Source of the DNA: Bdellovibrionia bacterium
Lineage (GTDB): Bacteria; Bdellovibrionota; UBA1018
Length of the DNA stretch: 13,214 nt
NCBI GenBank assembly: GCA_045805065.1
Contig: JBJMMA010000240.1
Coordinates: 1 to 13,214, forward strand
Direction: 5' to 3'
The notes below the pieces were generated by a model. It worked only from the letters and a program-made list of their open reading frames with translations. It had not been told where the DNA came from and made no database searches. A program made the translations under genes and the position numbers. Shown one piece after another: positions 1 to 8,010 of this stretch; the stretch's first letter is position 1; the number at the start of each line of letters is the position of its first letter.

Positions 1-864
1 ACTGAAAGTCGACATTCCGGCCGAGGCTCGCTTTTGCCACAGGGAGAAGATATATATTCCTACGGAGGAAGGCATCTGGCGGTGGATGCTTCCAATCTGG
101 ATCGCGCGGTGAAGGCTCTCGCTCAAGGCAAGTCTTATGGCGCAACGTCGGCCTTTCAACGAGTTTTCCACAAATGGGATGAGTTCATTCCCATGCTTCA
201 AGAGCGTATGAAGCAGCTTTCAAACGACCCGATTGAGCTTCGTCCATTCACAAAGAAAGAAGCAAAAGCGATAGGCGCCGAAGCCGATGCCCGCTATTTC
301 AAGTTGATTCGCCACACATCTCAAGGCTCGGAAGAACACGCAGCGAAACTGACGCAGGAAGGGCTCATTGTTCTTTCGCCTTCTGAACTCTCAGCACCTA
401 AGAAGCACGGATTTTCCACTCAGGGATCGACGACAGGTCATCCCGCATTTCTGTCTAGCTCTTCTTCTTCTCTGATGGGCTTGGGTAATTCTCACTTGGG
501 GCGTAATCTCGAAAAAGAGGGTCATCAGTTGGACAATGCTGTGAGGTCTCTGATCAAAGGGAAATCCTATGGAGTGGCCGTACTGAAGAACCGGCCAATT
601 GAAGCCAAAACTGCTCGGGCGGCGTTTGATGATCTTTCCCAAAACTGGAATCAACTTGTTTACGAATTTGAAGAGCGCGTTAGAAAACTTTCAGACGGAA
701 AGTCAGAACTGATCCCGATCTCCGCCAAAGAAGCAGGCGTTGATGTCATTGGATACGGTCGTTATTTCAAGCTCATTCAAAATACAGAGAAGGGTGCCGA
801 AACCCATGTCGTCGAGCTGACTGCCGAGGGATTCAGCGTCCTCCCTTCTATTGATAAGTTTTGA
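1..864 (+). CDS. Hypothetical protein with two tandem copies of a ~95-105 aa domain (probably 5'-partial)
   Basis: Frame 1 is open from base 1 (TESRHSGRGSLLPQGE...) to TGA at 862-864, so the TTG at 34 is probably not the real start. Two internal repeats: LDRAVKALAQGKSYG...RYFKLIRHTSQGSEEHAAKLTQEGLIVL and LDNAVRSLIKGKSYG...RYFKLIQNTEKGAETHVVELTAEGFSVL. Confidence 0.8.
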   Translation, partial: TESRHSGRGSLLPQGEDIYSYGGRHLAVDASNLDRAVKALAQGKSYGATSAFQRVFHKWDEFIPMLQERMKQLSNDPIELRPFTKKEAKAIGAEADARYFKLIRHTSQGSEEHAAKLTQEGLIVLSPSELSAPKKHGFSTQGSTTGHPAFLSSSSSSLMGLGNSHLGRNLEKEGHQLDNAVRSLIKGKSYGVAVLKNRPIEAKTARAAFDDLSQNWNQLVYEFEERVRKLSDGKSELIPISAKEAGVDVIGYGRYFKLIQNTEKGAETHVVELTAEGFSVLPSIDKF

Positions 865-910
865 GCAGCTTCTGAGGAATGGTACCGTTTTTGCCTGCTG
901 TAACGTTACT

Positions 911-1324
911 ATGAAAGGCTTCAAGCAGTTCCTCATGCGAGGTAATGTCATTGACCTAGCCGTGGCGGTCGTTATTGGCGCGGCGTTCGGAACGGTCATT
1001 TCCACCTTCGTTAAAGATCTTTTGACACCGCTCATCGCTGCTCTCGGCGGGCAGCCGGACTTTTCAAATCTCGTATTCACACTGAACGGGAGCCAATTTC
1101 GCTACGGAGAGTTCATCAACGCCGTGATCGCTTTCATAATCGTGGCCGCTGTCGTGTACTACCTCATCGTGGTGCCCTCAGCTCAACTGAAAAGACTCGC
1201 GGATGAGGAAGTCGTTAATACACGGCAATGTCCGGAGTGTTTGAGCAGTATTCCTCTTCAGGCAAGGCGTTGCGCACATTGTGGCGAGCCAGTTGAGACG
1301 GTCACTTCTGCGAAGTCAGCCTGA
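911..1324 (+). CDS. mscL: Large-conductance mechanosensitive channel MscL with C-terminal CxxC...CxxC zinc-ribbon extension
   Basis: ATG at 911 gives MKGFKQFLMRGNVIDLAVAVVIGAAFG, the canonical MscL S1/TM1 signature. TM2 is YGEFINAVIAFIIVAAVVYY and the tail is CPECLSSIPLQARRCAHC. Confidence 0.95.
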   Translation: MKGFKQFLMRGNVIDLAVAVVIGAAFGTVISTFVKDLLTPLIAALGGQPDFSNLVFTLNGSQFRYGEFINAVIAFIIVAAVVYYLIVVPSAQLKRLADEEVVNTRQCPECLSSIPLQARRCAHCGEPVETVTSAKSA

Positions 1325-1360
1325 GAGCGGGAAGAACCTGGGATCACGCAGCTGTGCGCT

Positions 1361-1771
1361 CTATTCAGGAACTCGCAGTAAAATCTCGATATTTACCCAG
1401 GAAGGATCGAGCACATAGAAGTGGCGATAAGTTTTGCCATTCATGGAGAAAGTGCTGACTCCAGCTTCGGAATTCAGCGGGACTTGAGAGCGTGGTTTAA
1501 GTCCCATTGTCCTCGCCGTATGAAGTAGCGTTTCAAACTCGACTCCAGAGTTAGCTTCAAAAGCGAGATGATGCGCGTAAGGCAGTTTTGCCGCTCCGAT
1601 GGGAGTAATGAGCAAATCAAGATCGCTTCCATGAACTTCTTTATGAACGATTTGAGTGTCGCCAGCTCCATCATTGAATCTCTTCGTGGGGACAAAGCCA
1701 AAAAGGTCGCAATAAAAGCGGGTGGATTTCTCGATGTCGGTTGCAGGGATGAACAGGTGGTTGATTCTCAT
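1361..1771 (-). CDS. VOC-family (glyoxalase/bleomycin-resistance/dioxygenase) protein
   Basis: MRINHLFIPATDIEKSTRFYCDLFGF...HHLAFE...HFYVLDPSWVNIEI are typical VOC motifs with His/His/Glu metal ligands. AGGAG Shine-Dalgarno lies upstream of the ATG at 1771. Confidence 0.9.
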   Translation of the reverse strand: MRINHLFIPATDIEKSTRFYCDLFGFVPTKRFNDGAGDTQIVHKEVHGSDLDLLITPIGAAKLPYAHHLAFEANSGVEFETLLHTARTMGLKPRSQVPLNSEAGVSTFSMNGKTYRHFYVLDPSWVNIEILLRVPE

Positions 1772-1872
1772 GGGCTCAGCTCCTCTCGGTTTAGTCAAGT
1801 CTTCCGGTTGATGGCGAGTGGGTATCGTTCCCTTTCTTTACATCAGTCATCCTATCAGTGATCCTACTGCTA

Positions 1873-2178
1873 ATGAGTCTGAAGAAAAAGATCAAGTCGG
1901 CCACGCTTGCTATTGTTTGCCTTTATCCGGCGTTTCTTTTTGCTGAAAACCCTTGCGCAAAAGAAGGCGAGGAGTGGCACCCCTTTATATTCGGATCCGG
2001 TTCCGTGTCCTGCTGCAAAGGTTTGACTTCGACTTCAAAATGGCTGCAGGAGAATCTTGATTCCAAGTGCCTGCCAGGGCCGCCGGGCGATAACGGCTAT
2101 TGCGTCAAGTGTGGTGACGGAAAGTGCGATACTCCGCTTTTTGAGAATAAATGCAATTGCCCTAAAGACTGTAAATAG
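1873..2178 (+). CDS. Small secreted cysteine-rich protein (10 Cys in ~77-aa mature part)
   Basis: Basic N-terminus plus hydrophobic stretch ending AFLFA|E suggests a signal peptide. The mature part has C...CC...C...CxxCGDGxC...ENxCNCPxDC. Confidence 0.8.
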   Translation: MSLKKKIKSATLAIVCLYPAFLFAENPCAKEGEEWHPFIFGSGSVSCCKGLTSTSKWLQENLDSKCLPGPPGDNGYCVKCGDGKCDTPLFENKCNCPKDCK

Positions 2179-2184
2179 ACCGTT

Positions 2185-2940
2185 TCAGTATTCAAAAAGA
2201 AAAATGATTTTCCCCTGAATAGCAAATCGACACGACTGGTTGCCAAGGGTCATTTCATGGGAAGCCTTATCGACCTGAATTTGATTAAGAGAAGCCGGCA
2301 CCGTCAGCGAATCAAAAAATTCGACCGCTATCGATGACTCCTTTTGATTCAAATGACTCCATTTGGACGGGGGAGGCGTAGTTCCATCGTTCCAACCGTA
2401 AGGTTCATCATAGGGGCCTTGGTCCAGGATTTGATCCATATCGTGCGAAAACCACTGTTTCGCCTGAACTGCGATCCAGGAAGCCCGGTCACTGGCATCG
2501 TTGATCGCAAGATTGAAGACATTTCGGTAAGGGCCGAACTTTTGGCCACTAAAATAAACATGTTCTTCAGCCTGAGCTCGGGCCGCATAAGCAAATACGC
2601 AACCCTGCGATGTATCCCGGACAGCGTACTGGAGCACAAGTTCTTCAAAGGGCCCGTATTCTTGATCTCCGACCTTAAAGTACCAGCTTGAACCCTGCTT
2701 ATATTGAAAAAATTCCGCGGGAGCATTCGATGGCTTTGATGGCAATTGGAACTCATCAAAGGGACCAAACTTTTTTGAATCGGTCGAAACGAAATAGGAG
2801 TATTTGGACCGATTAGGCTTGGTGTAACTCACGCAGAGAAAGTTTCCACTCTGGATATCGAACTTTAGGAGCTGAAGCGTTTCATCGTCGTCAAGTTCAA
2901 TGAGTTTTCTGCGACTCTTTGGTACAGGTAAGTGAATCAT
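2185..2940 (-). CDS. Hypothetical protein with four GP[FY] repeats (beta-propeller-like)
   Basis: Long ORF; AGGAG precedes the ATG at 2940 (MIHLPVPK...). Repeats are KKFGPFDE, QEYGPFEE, QKFGPYRN and LDQGPYDE. Confidence 0.7.
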   Translation of the reverse strand: MIHLPVPKSRRKLIELDDDETLQLLKFDIQSGNFLCVSYTKPNRSKYSYFVSTDSKKFGPFDEFQLPSKPSNAPAEFFQYKQGSSWYFKVGDQEYGPFEELVLQYAVRDTSQGCVFAYAARAQAEEHVYFSGQKFGPYRNVFNLAINDASDRASWIAVQAKQWFSHDMDQILDQGPYDEPYGWNDGTTPPPSKWSHLNQKESSIAVEFFDSLTVPASLNQIQVDKASHEMTLGNQSCRFAIQGKIIFLFEY

Positions 2941-3181
2941 ATCCCACGCTCCTGAACTCATGGTCGGACCCCGTCCGATGCAAGTCAAGAGTCGAATCTC
3001 TTGCTTGTGGTTTGTTGAATTTCCATCAACAATCAAGGGATGAGCTCAAGCGACGCTACGTGGCCCGAGTCCCCGATATGGAACTTCCTGGATCAGCACA
3101 AATGCAAAATCATCTGTCTGGAAAACGGGAAATGCGGAAATCAAAACCGCATACTGGTTTAAATCAGAAACCCCTAAGCTG

Positions 3182-3664
3182 ATGATCTTTGTGTCTCCTA
3201 ATTTCAAAATGATTGCGACAGAAGCTGAAGAGGAGTTCATAGAAGATGCGCTTCTGACGAGCATGTTTTCAGGGACAGAAATAGATCTTCTTCCCGGAAG
3301 TGAAGCACCACTTTGGCAAAAGCCCGAACTTTATCGACGTCTTACAACTCAATTTGAAGGCGGCGCAACCCTGATTGGTTTTGATAAAGACCATCAATTC
3401 TTTTTCGGCGTAAAAGAGTTCACGGCCGTCATTATTCCCGTTCAAGAGCTTGAAAAAATTGTTTTCATAAGCTCTATAGATAGAACGGGTACTCAGTATT
3501 CAGTTTTAGGAAAGTTTAAGGGCGAAGCAATCTCATCCCAGGGCGGAACCAGCTTCCCGTTTGCCTATACTTCGAATCCGACTCAGGCCAAAAAAGTTGC
3601 CGAGTACCTCTCAACCAATCTGCAACTTGAGCTGGATGTGGTTGTAGAGAGCAATCTATATTAA
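3182..3664 (+). CDS. Hypothetical protein (160 aa)
   Basis: Longest ORF in the interval, with globular alpha/beta composition. No family recognised and the start is uncertain. Confidence 0.65.
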   Translation: MIFVSPNFKMIATEAEEEFIEDALLTSMFSGTEIDLLPGSEAPLWQKPELYRRLTTQFEGGATLIGFDKDHQFFFGVKEFTAVIIPVQELEKIVFISSIDRTGTQYSVLGKFKGEAISSQGGTSFPFAYTSNPTQAKKVAEYLSTNLQLELDVVVESNLY

Positions 3665-3678
3665 CTTTATGAAACCTT

Positions 3679-4032
3679 CTACTTTCGAGGAGTTTTGTCG
3701 TTATAGCAGTCTGCAAGGGATTGAGCGCCCTGCTTCGAAGCAAGCCAACTCTTTAGTTTTTGGGTAGTTTCCTCGGCACTCATAAAAAGGCCTAGGGATA
3801 TGTCGTGTCTTGCTGAGCGTGCAAGGCATGTTACGACTGCAAGGCGTAGATGAGCGTCGACTTTGAGGTCTACAAAGGGAGAATTTGCAGGATAGTCCTG
3901 GTTCGCTAGTATTTGTTCTACCTGGTAAAAGAGCTTTGCCTGCGGCCAGGCGTACAAAGCAATTCCGGCAACTGCAAGTAGGACGACTCCAATGGTCCCA
4001 ATAAAAAGCCATTTCAAAGCTCTTTTCGGCAT
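3679..4032 (-). CDS. Hypothetical membrane-anchored protein
   Basis: N-terminal TM helix WLFIGTIGVVLLAVAGIALYAW, purine-rich SD-like sequence upstream, and two Cys in the soluble domain. Confidence 0.7.
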   Translation of the reverse strand: MPKRALKWLFIGTIGVVLLAVAGIALYAWPQAKLFYQVEQILANQDYPANSPFVDLKVDAHLRLAVVTCLARSARHDISLGLFMSAEETTQKLKSWLASKQGAQSLADCYNDKTPRK

Positions 4033-4158
4033 GCTTCCAGCTCTCCCTTGGATTCAATATAGGTTACGCATCTTCAGCTGTCATCGACAAAGCATGGCTT
4101 TCGGTATGAGCGCGATTATCTATATGACATCGGGTCGAAGTATCTCTAACATTCAGAC

Positions 4159-5421
4159 ATGCACATAGATGATCTGGTTCTCGTTGGAGTCGCGCAGTCT
4201 CTCAAGAGTCTCTCAAAAGATCAGGACGATGTTTTAAAACTGCTGAAAGCGAAAATCGGGCTTAATGCCGAAGTGCTCCGACAGGACAAGGAGCGAAGCA
4301 TCGCTTTCGTGCTGGCGGATGGGCGCGAGTTGCCTGTGGCACAAGCTCTTACTGAGTTTCAAAAGCTCGGTGGTGTCGAACAGGTTACACTCGGTGCTCT
4401 GGAAGAGCCAAAGTCGGAGCTGCCGGAAGAAATGAGAGCCGCGTTCGCAAACACGTCTCGGACCGTGCTTTCCTTCCGGTGCCAGGGAAAAAAGAGAAAC
4501 TTTCTGGTGAGAGTGCAGCGCAGCCGGTCAACGACACTCACCTTTAGGAATATGGTGGAGCTGGTTCAGGCGCAGCCGATCCGAGATCAGATCTGGTCAA
4601 CTCTAGCCAACCAACTGAATTCGAAGCTTGAAATGCAGGGGAGTCCTCGTGTTTATGCGAAGGATCTGCCTCAGTACTTTAAGGACCCACTCCGCGAGAG
4701 TGATCTTGGGTACGAAAAACCAGAGTATCTGCAGGAAATTCAGCTCGAATGTAAATTGGCTCATCAACCTTTGGTTATCCCTGAGCATTTAAAAGAGACT
4801 TTGGAACACGTTGAACCCGCTCCGTCTCCGGCGCCGGAGGTGTCTGACGATCCTCGTGCCGATGCGCGAGCCCGATTTTATGATGAGCCCTATTGGGCCA
4901 TGAAGACTAATCCTGTTCGCTGGGAAGTTTATGGGCTCTGCGAGATTGAGAATGCCAGAGTTTCTGGCGAATCTGTGAAGTTGGGAGACGCAGTTCAGAA
5001 CTTCGAGAAAATTTTGGAGCGGACTAAAAAATTTGCAGAGAAGATCGATTCATCTTTTACTGAGGCATTCCGTTATGCTCAGTTTCTTCTGACGGCTTCC
5101 TCTCTTTCCGAGGCGGGACCTGAGAAAGACTTTGTTGCGAAAGTTCAGGCTGAGTTGAAAGCAAAGCAGTTTTCTGAGATCGCGTTGGCAATCTGTAACC
5201 AAACGATTTGGATTGTTCCATTTCTGACCAGTATGGGCCTCTCTTCGGAAGCGGTGCGAGCCCTCGCTGCGTACGATACGATTCGCGATATCTTCGGGGG
5301 AATGGGGTCATGGAACGATCAAGGTTATGATGATGCGACGGATCAAGCGGAGTACTCTGCCTGCTCCTCGTCACTCTATGAGAGCCTGATGAGCCTGTTT
5401 ATGGCTTCACTTAATCGTTAA
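4159..5421 (+). CDS. Multidomain hypothetical protein with C-terminal FGGMGSWND motif (DUF6966-like)
   Basis: 420-aa ORF with a Pro-rich linker EPAPSPAPE. The C-terminal helical region contains IFGGMGSWNDQGY (motif at 5296-5319). Confidence 0.8.
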   Translation: MHIDDLVLVGVAQSLKSLSKDQDDVLKLLKAKIGLNAEVLRQDKERSIAFVLADGRELPVAQALTEFQKLGGVEQVTLGALEEPKSELPEEMRAAFANTSRTVLSFRCQGKKRNFLVRVQRSRSTTLTFRNMVELVQAQPIRDQIWSTLANQLNSKLEMQGSPRVYAKDLPQYFKDPLRESDLGYEKPEYLQEIQLECKLAHQPLVIPEHLKETLEHVEPAPSPAPEVSDDPRADARARFYDEPYWAMKTNPVRWEVYGLCEIENARVSGESVKLGDAVQNFEKILERTKKFAEKIDSSFTEAFRYAQFLLTASSLSEAGPEKDFVAKVQAELKAKQFSEIALAICNQTIWIVPFLTSMGLSSEAVRALAAYDTIRDIFGGMGSWNDQGYDDATDQAEYSACSSSLYESLMSLFMASLNR

Positions 5422-5433
5422 GGAGAGGTTGGA

Positions 5434-5452
5434 TCCTTCGTTTTACGAAGGA
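5434..5452. terminator. Hairpin TCCTTCGT-ttt-ACGAAGGA downstream of the 4159-5421 gene (possible terminator or stabiliser)
   Basis: Perfect 8-bp inverted repeat 12 nt after the stop. It lacks a clear U-tract. Confidence 0.35.
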
Positions 5453-5546
5453 AGAAACCCCGTAGGCTTAAGCTCCAGGCGATCGCTGAGGCAATAGATT
5501 TAACGACTGGACCTTGGGGTTTCAAGGTATTAGCATTTGAAAGTAT

Positions 5547-6026
5547 ATGACTAACAGATCTGAAATTACGTGGACTGAGATCAAAATCGACCCTTCGACG
5601 ATTGACCTATCGGGCTCCGATGAAGAGGTGATTTTGCGTCTGGCAAAGCAAATCAATCCGCCAGTACCTGCGGATTTGTTAGAAGAAACTTTTGAATACG
5701 CTTGTTACATGGCGCGTGAGTACTATCGCCGCGAAATGGGCATCGATAATCCTGTCCTGTCTGATCAAAAGACTGCTGAGATACGTTCAAGTGTAATCGA
5801 GTCTCTTCAGGCTGAGTGTATTATTCGGGGTCTCTCCAAGTCTTATGGCATTGAGGTCACGGAAGCGGATGAAGAGAAAGAACTGCTTGCCGAGAAGAAC
5901 CGCACGGGAATCAACGTCAAGCAGTTGCGGAAATACTTTGAGAACCATCCCGTGCAGTCGAACGAAAAATACCTCGGCGTTCTTCGTAAAAAGCTGATGG
6001 ACTATCTGCGAGGATTGAAGCCGTGA
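5547..6026 (+). CDS. Stand-alone trigger-factor C-terminal (SurA-like chaperone) domain-like protein
   Basis: EVILRLAKQINPPVPADLLEETF...IIRGLSKSYGIEVTEADEEKEL...GINVKQLRKYFEN...VLRKKLMDYL follows the Trigger_C pattern. No GFRxGxxP ribosome-binding motif and no FKBP domain. Confidence 0.65.
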   Translation: MTNRSEITWTEIKIDPSTIDLSGSDEEVILRLAKQINPPVPADLLEETFEYACYMAREYYRREMGIDNPVLSDQKTAEIRSSVIESLQAECIIRGLSKSYGIEVTEADEEKELLAEKNRTGINVKQLRKYFENHPVQSNEKYLGVLRKKLMDYLRGLKP

Positions 6027-6343
6027 GAAATTGGGTCATAACGGCCAGTGCTGGATTTTTACTGAACGCTACGTCAGCTTTCGCTTGCCTGGAGGCACGA
6101 GGCGTAATGTGGACGTTCGGAGGCCTCATCCTCGTCACGATTCTCATTCCGGCCGTCTCGTTTTTCGTTTTCAAGCGATGGTATACGGCACGTGAATTTC
6201 GGTTTCCGAAAGTAACCGCCTTAGCTTCGGCTGTTGTGGTTTTTGTCTGTATGATTCCGATTCTGGGTGCAACCGGTCAGCGGGTTCCGAAAGCCCTGGC
6301 TTGTCCCGGCCTTAGTCTCGACGGCTACTATTTTGTGAAGTGA
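6023..6343 (+). CDS. Small membrane protein (signal peptide plus two TM helices)
   Basis: GTG start overlaps the upstream stop (GTGA). Signal-like SAFA|C is followed by two hydrophobic segments. The 3' end overlaps the convergent gene by 16 nt. Confidence 0.6.
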   Translation: MRNWVITASAGFLLNATSAFACLEARGVMWTFGGLILVTILIPAVSFFVFKRWYTAREFRFPKVTALASAVVVFVCMIPILGATGQRVPKALACPGLSLDGYYFVK

Positions 6344-6897
6344 GGCTTGATATTTGAAATCAAGTCTCTCGATTTCTGATCAAATCGTGGCTCGCCCTTA
6401 GTTACCCAGCTCAGAGCTTTTTCAACTGAGACTCGCGCCGTAGACCAAGGGCTTGCTAGTTTCCAGCCCCAAGGCGTTTTGACGATGCGATAGTCTTCAT
6501 CCACTTTTTCCTTTTTGGGTTTGAAGACAGAATAGATCTGATCGCCGATCTGTTCGCTGGTTACTGATCCTTCAACTGAATATGAGACGCGAAACTTGTT
6601 ACCGCCTAATGCTTGAGTCGCCTTGCTTGAAATAATATAAAAACTGTCCGGCCCACCCATATACCCGGGACACATAACGGCTTTATTCAGCCACGGGCTT
6701 GTCTGGAGGAACTCTCCCTCGCTGTCTCGCTGAATAAACTCCTCGAATAGTTTTTGAGGAGAGAGATGAAGATCTTCTTTTACGATATCGCAGCCCTCGC
6801 CCTTCCATTCGGGAGCTTCAGGCTTACTTGCTAAGGCCTGGGAGCTTAAAAATGAAACGACACATATGCATAGGAAGATTAGAAAGGTCGATCTCAT
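6328..6897 (-). CDS. Secreted hypothetical protein
   Basis: MRSTFLIFLCICVVSFLSSQALA|S signal peptide. The C-terminal YRIVKTPWGWKL is reminiscent of the last hairpin of NTF2-like folds (tentative). Confidence 0.75.
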   Translation of the reverse strand: MRSTFLIFLCICVVSFLSSQALASKPEAPEWKGEGCDIVKEDLHLSPQKLFEEFIQRDSEGEFLQTSPWLNKAVMCPGYMGGPDSFYIISSKATQALGGNKFRVSYSVEGSVTSEQIGDQIYSVFKPKKEKVDEDYRIVKTPWGWKLASPWSTARVSVEKALSWVTKGEPRFDQKSRDLISNIKPHFTK

Positions 6898-6928
6898 GTA
6901 GTCATTCAATCATCCGATTTAAGATAGA

Positions 6929-7369
6929 TCAACTGAATATAGATTTTCTGGCCTTGAGTGAGCGAGTGACAGGTTCACTTGCATCGTCAGAAAATTTGCT
7001 TTGCTCGACGATCTCGTTCAAGCAGTCTTCCACCCATTTTTCAAAGTCGAGTTTTTGCAATTCTGGTCCGCCAAATTCTGGATTTCCCATTTGCACCCAA
7101 ACGCCACCATCAGAAAATTTATATTCGGAAGGAGGATGCCGGCTGGCCATGCCTGAGGTTGCGTAAAAGAGGCCTCGAAAAGGCTCGATTTCGAGGCAGT
7201 AGCTTTCAAAGACTCTCTTCTCATTCACATTTTTAATGAATTGGGCACCCGTCAGATTCGAATGAACATCGAATTTGCATAAAAATCCGCCAACTGAAAG
7301 ATTTTCAGAAAACATGGGATATTTCTTAGACATCCATTCTCGAGTAATTCCAAAGGTTCGTTTTGACAT
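6929..7369 (-). CDS. Hypothetical protein (146 aa)
   Basis: ATG ORF with AGGA upstream, co-oriented with the 6328-6897 gene. No family recognised. Confidence 0.65.
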   Translation of the reverse strand: MSKRTFGITREWMSKKYPMFSENLSVGGFLCKFDVHSNLTGAQFIKNVNEKRVFESYCLEIEPFRGLFYATSGMASRHPPSEYKFSDGGVWVQMGNPEFGGPELQKLDFEKWVEDCLNEIVEQSKFSDDASEPVTRSLKARKSIFS

Positions 7370-7533
7370 AATGTGTTCCTATCCAGCGTGAAGGCTATTC
7401 TCTATCAAGGCTACTCCTCACAAGACATCAATTCAAGAGAGAGCCAATGTGCCCCAAGATGTTGATGAGAGAGGCGGTCCCCAGGAAATCTCTTGTCCGA
7501 CGGCATAGATACCGACAGAATACTCATTGAAAT

Positions 7534-7971
7534 ATGAGGAAAAAAATCATGCTCTGGCTTGGACTAGGTGTTGGTTTTCTGGTCATCTGTGTCGTCACTC
7601 TATTTTTCTATCTAAATTCTCAGACGAACGCCGAGACCAAGATCAAAAATGCTGAGTTCAACAGCTTGTTGGAGTACGCCAAAACCAATAAGAGCTTTGA
7701 GAGACTGGCGGCGTACGCTGCGAAGACTCGCTTTAAAGAAATCACTTTTTACCGGCTTGGATCATCCGAGTCATCCGATCTGTCGTCAAAGCCTATGGCA
7801 GTACCTGCCCAGGACATTGAAACAGTGAAGAAAGTCATGACGGAACTCAAGAAGGGCAGGGCAGTGTTTAGCGATCCCAAGGATAGCCCTTTGATGTATA
7901 CTCGTCCTTTTGTACGGGTCGAGTTCGATGGTGATTCAATTCTAAGTGTTGAAGACGGAAATTTAGGCTGA
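7534..7971 (+). CDS. Membrane-anchored periplasmic hypothetical protein
   Basis: MRKK followed by a single TM helix (IMLWLGLGVGFLVICVVTLFFYL) and a soluble domain. Confidence 0.75.
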   Translation: MRKKIMLWLGLGVGFLVICVVTLFFYLNSQTNAETKIKNAEFNSLLEYAKTNKSFERLAAYAAKTRFKEITFYRLGSSESSDLSSKPMAVPAQDIETVKKVMTELKKGRAVFSDPKDSPLMYTRPFVRVEFDGDSILSVEDGNLG

Positions 7972-8010
7972 CTAAATGTTGAAAAAAGTACTCCACGGAA
8001 GGATTCCTTC

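Noticed and set aside
851..910. ORF-track N-terminal extension of MscL
   Set aside because: It overlaps the upstream gene, and MscL homology begins at the ATG at 911.
3040..3162. 40-codon ORF MSSSDATWPESPIWNFLDQHKCKIICLENGKCGNQNRILV in the divergent spacer
   Set aside because: It is short, has no recognisable motif and cannot be told apart from a chance ORF.
7391..7416. Direct repeat AAGGCTA(T/C)TC x2 upstream of the 6929-7369 gene
   Set aside because: Only two short imperfect copies, which is too little to call a binding site.
7473..7490. GGCGGTCCCCAGGAAATC as a degenerate att copy of the tRNA 3' end (GGTGGTCCCACCAAGAATC)
   Set aside because: Only a 6-bp exact core with several mismatches, which is compatible with chance.
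865..8010. Integron cassette array explaining the run of small orphan genes
   Set aside because: Genes alternate in orientation, no recurring attC-like RYYYAAC...GTTRRRY elements were seen in the spacers, and there is no integrase.
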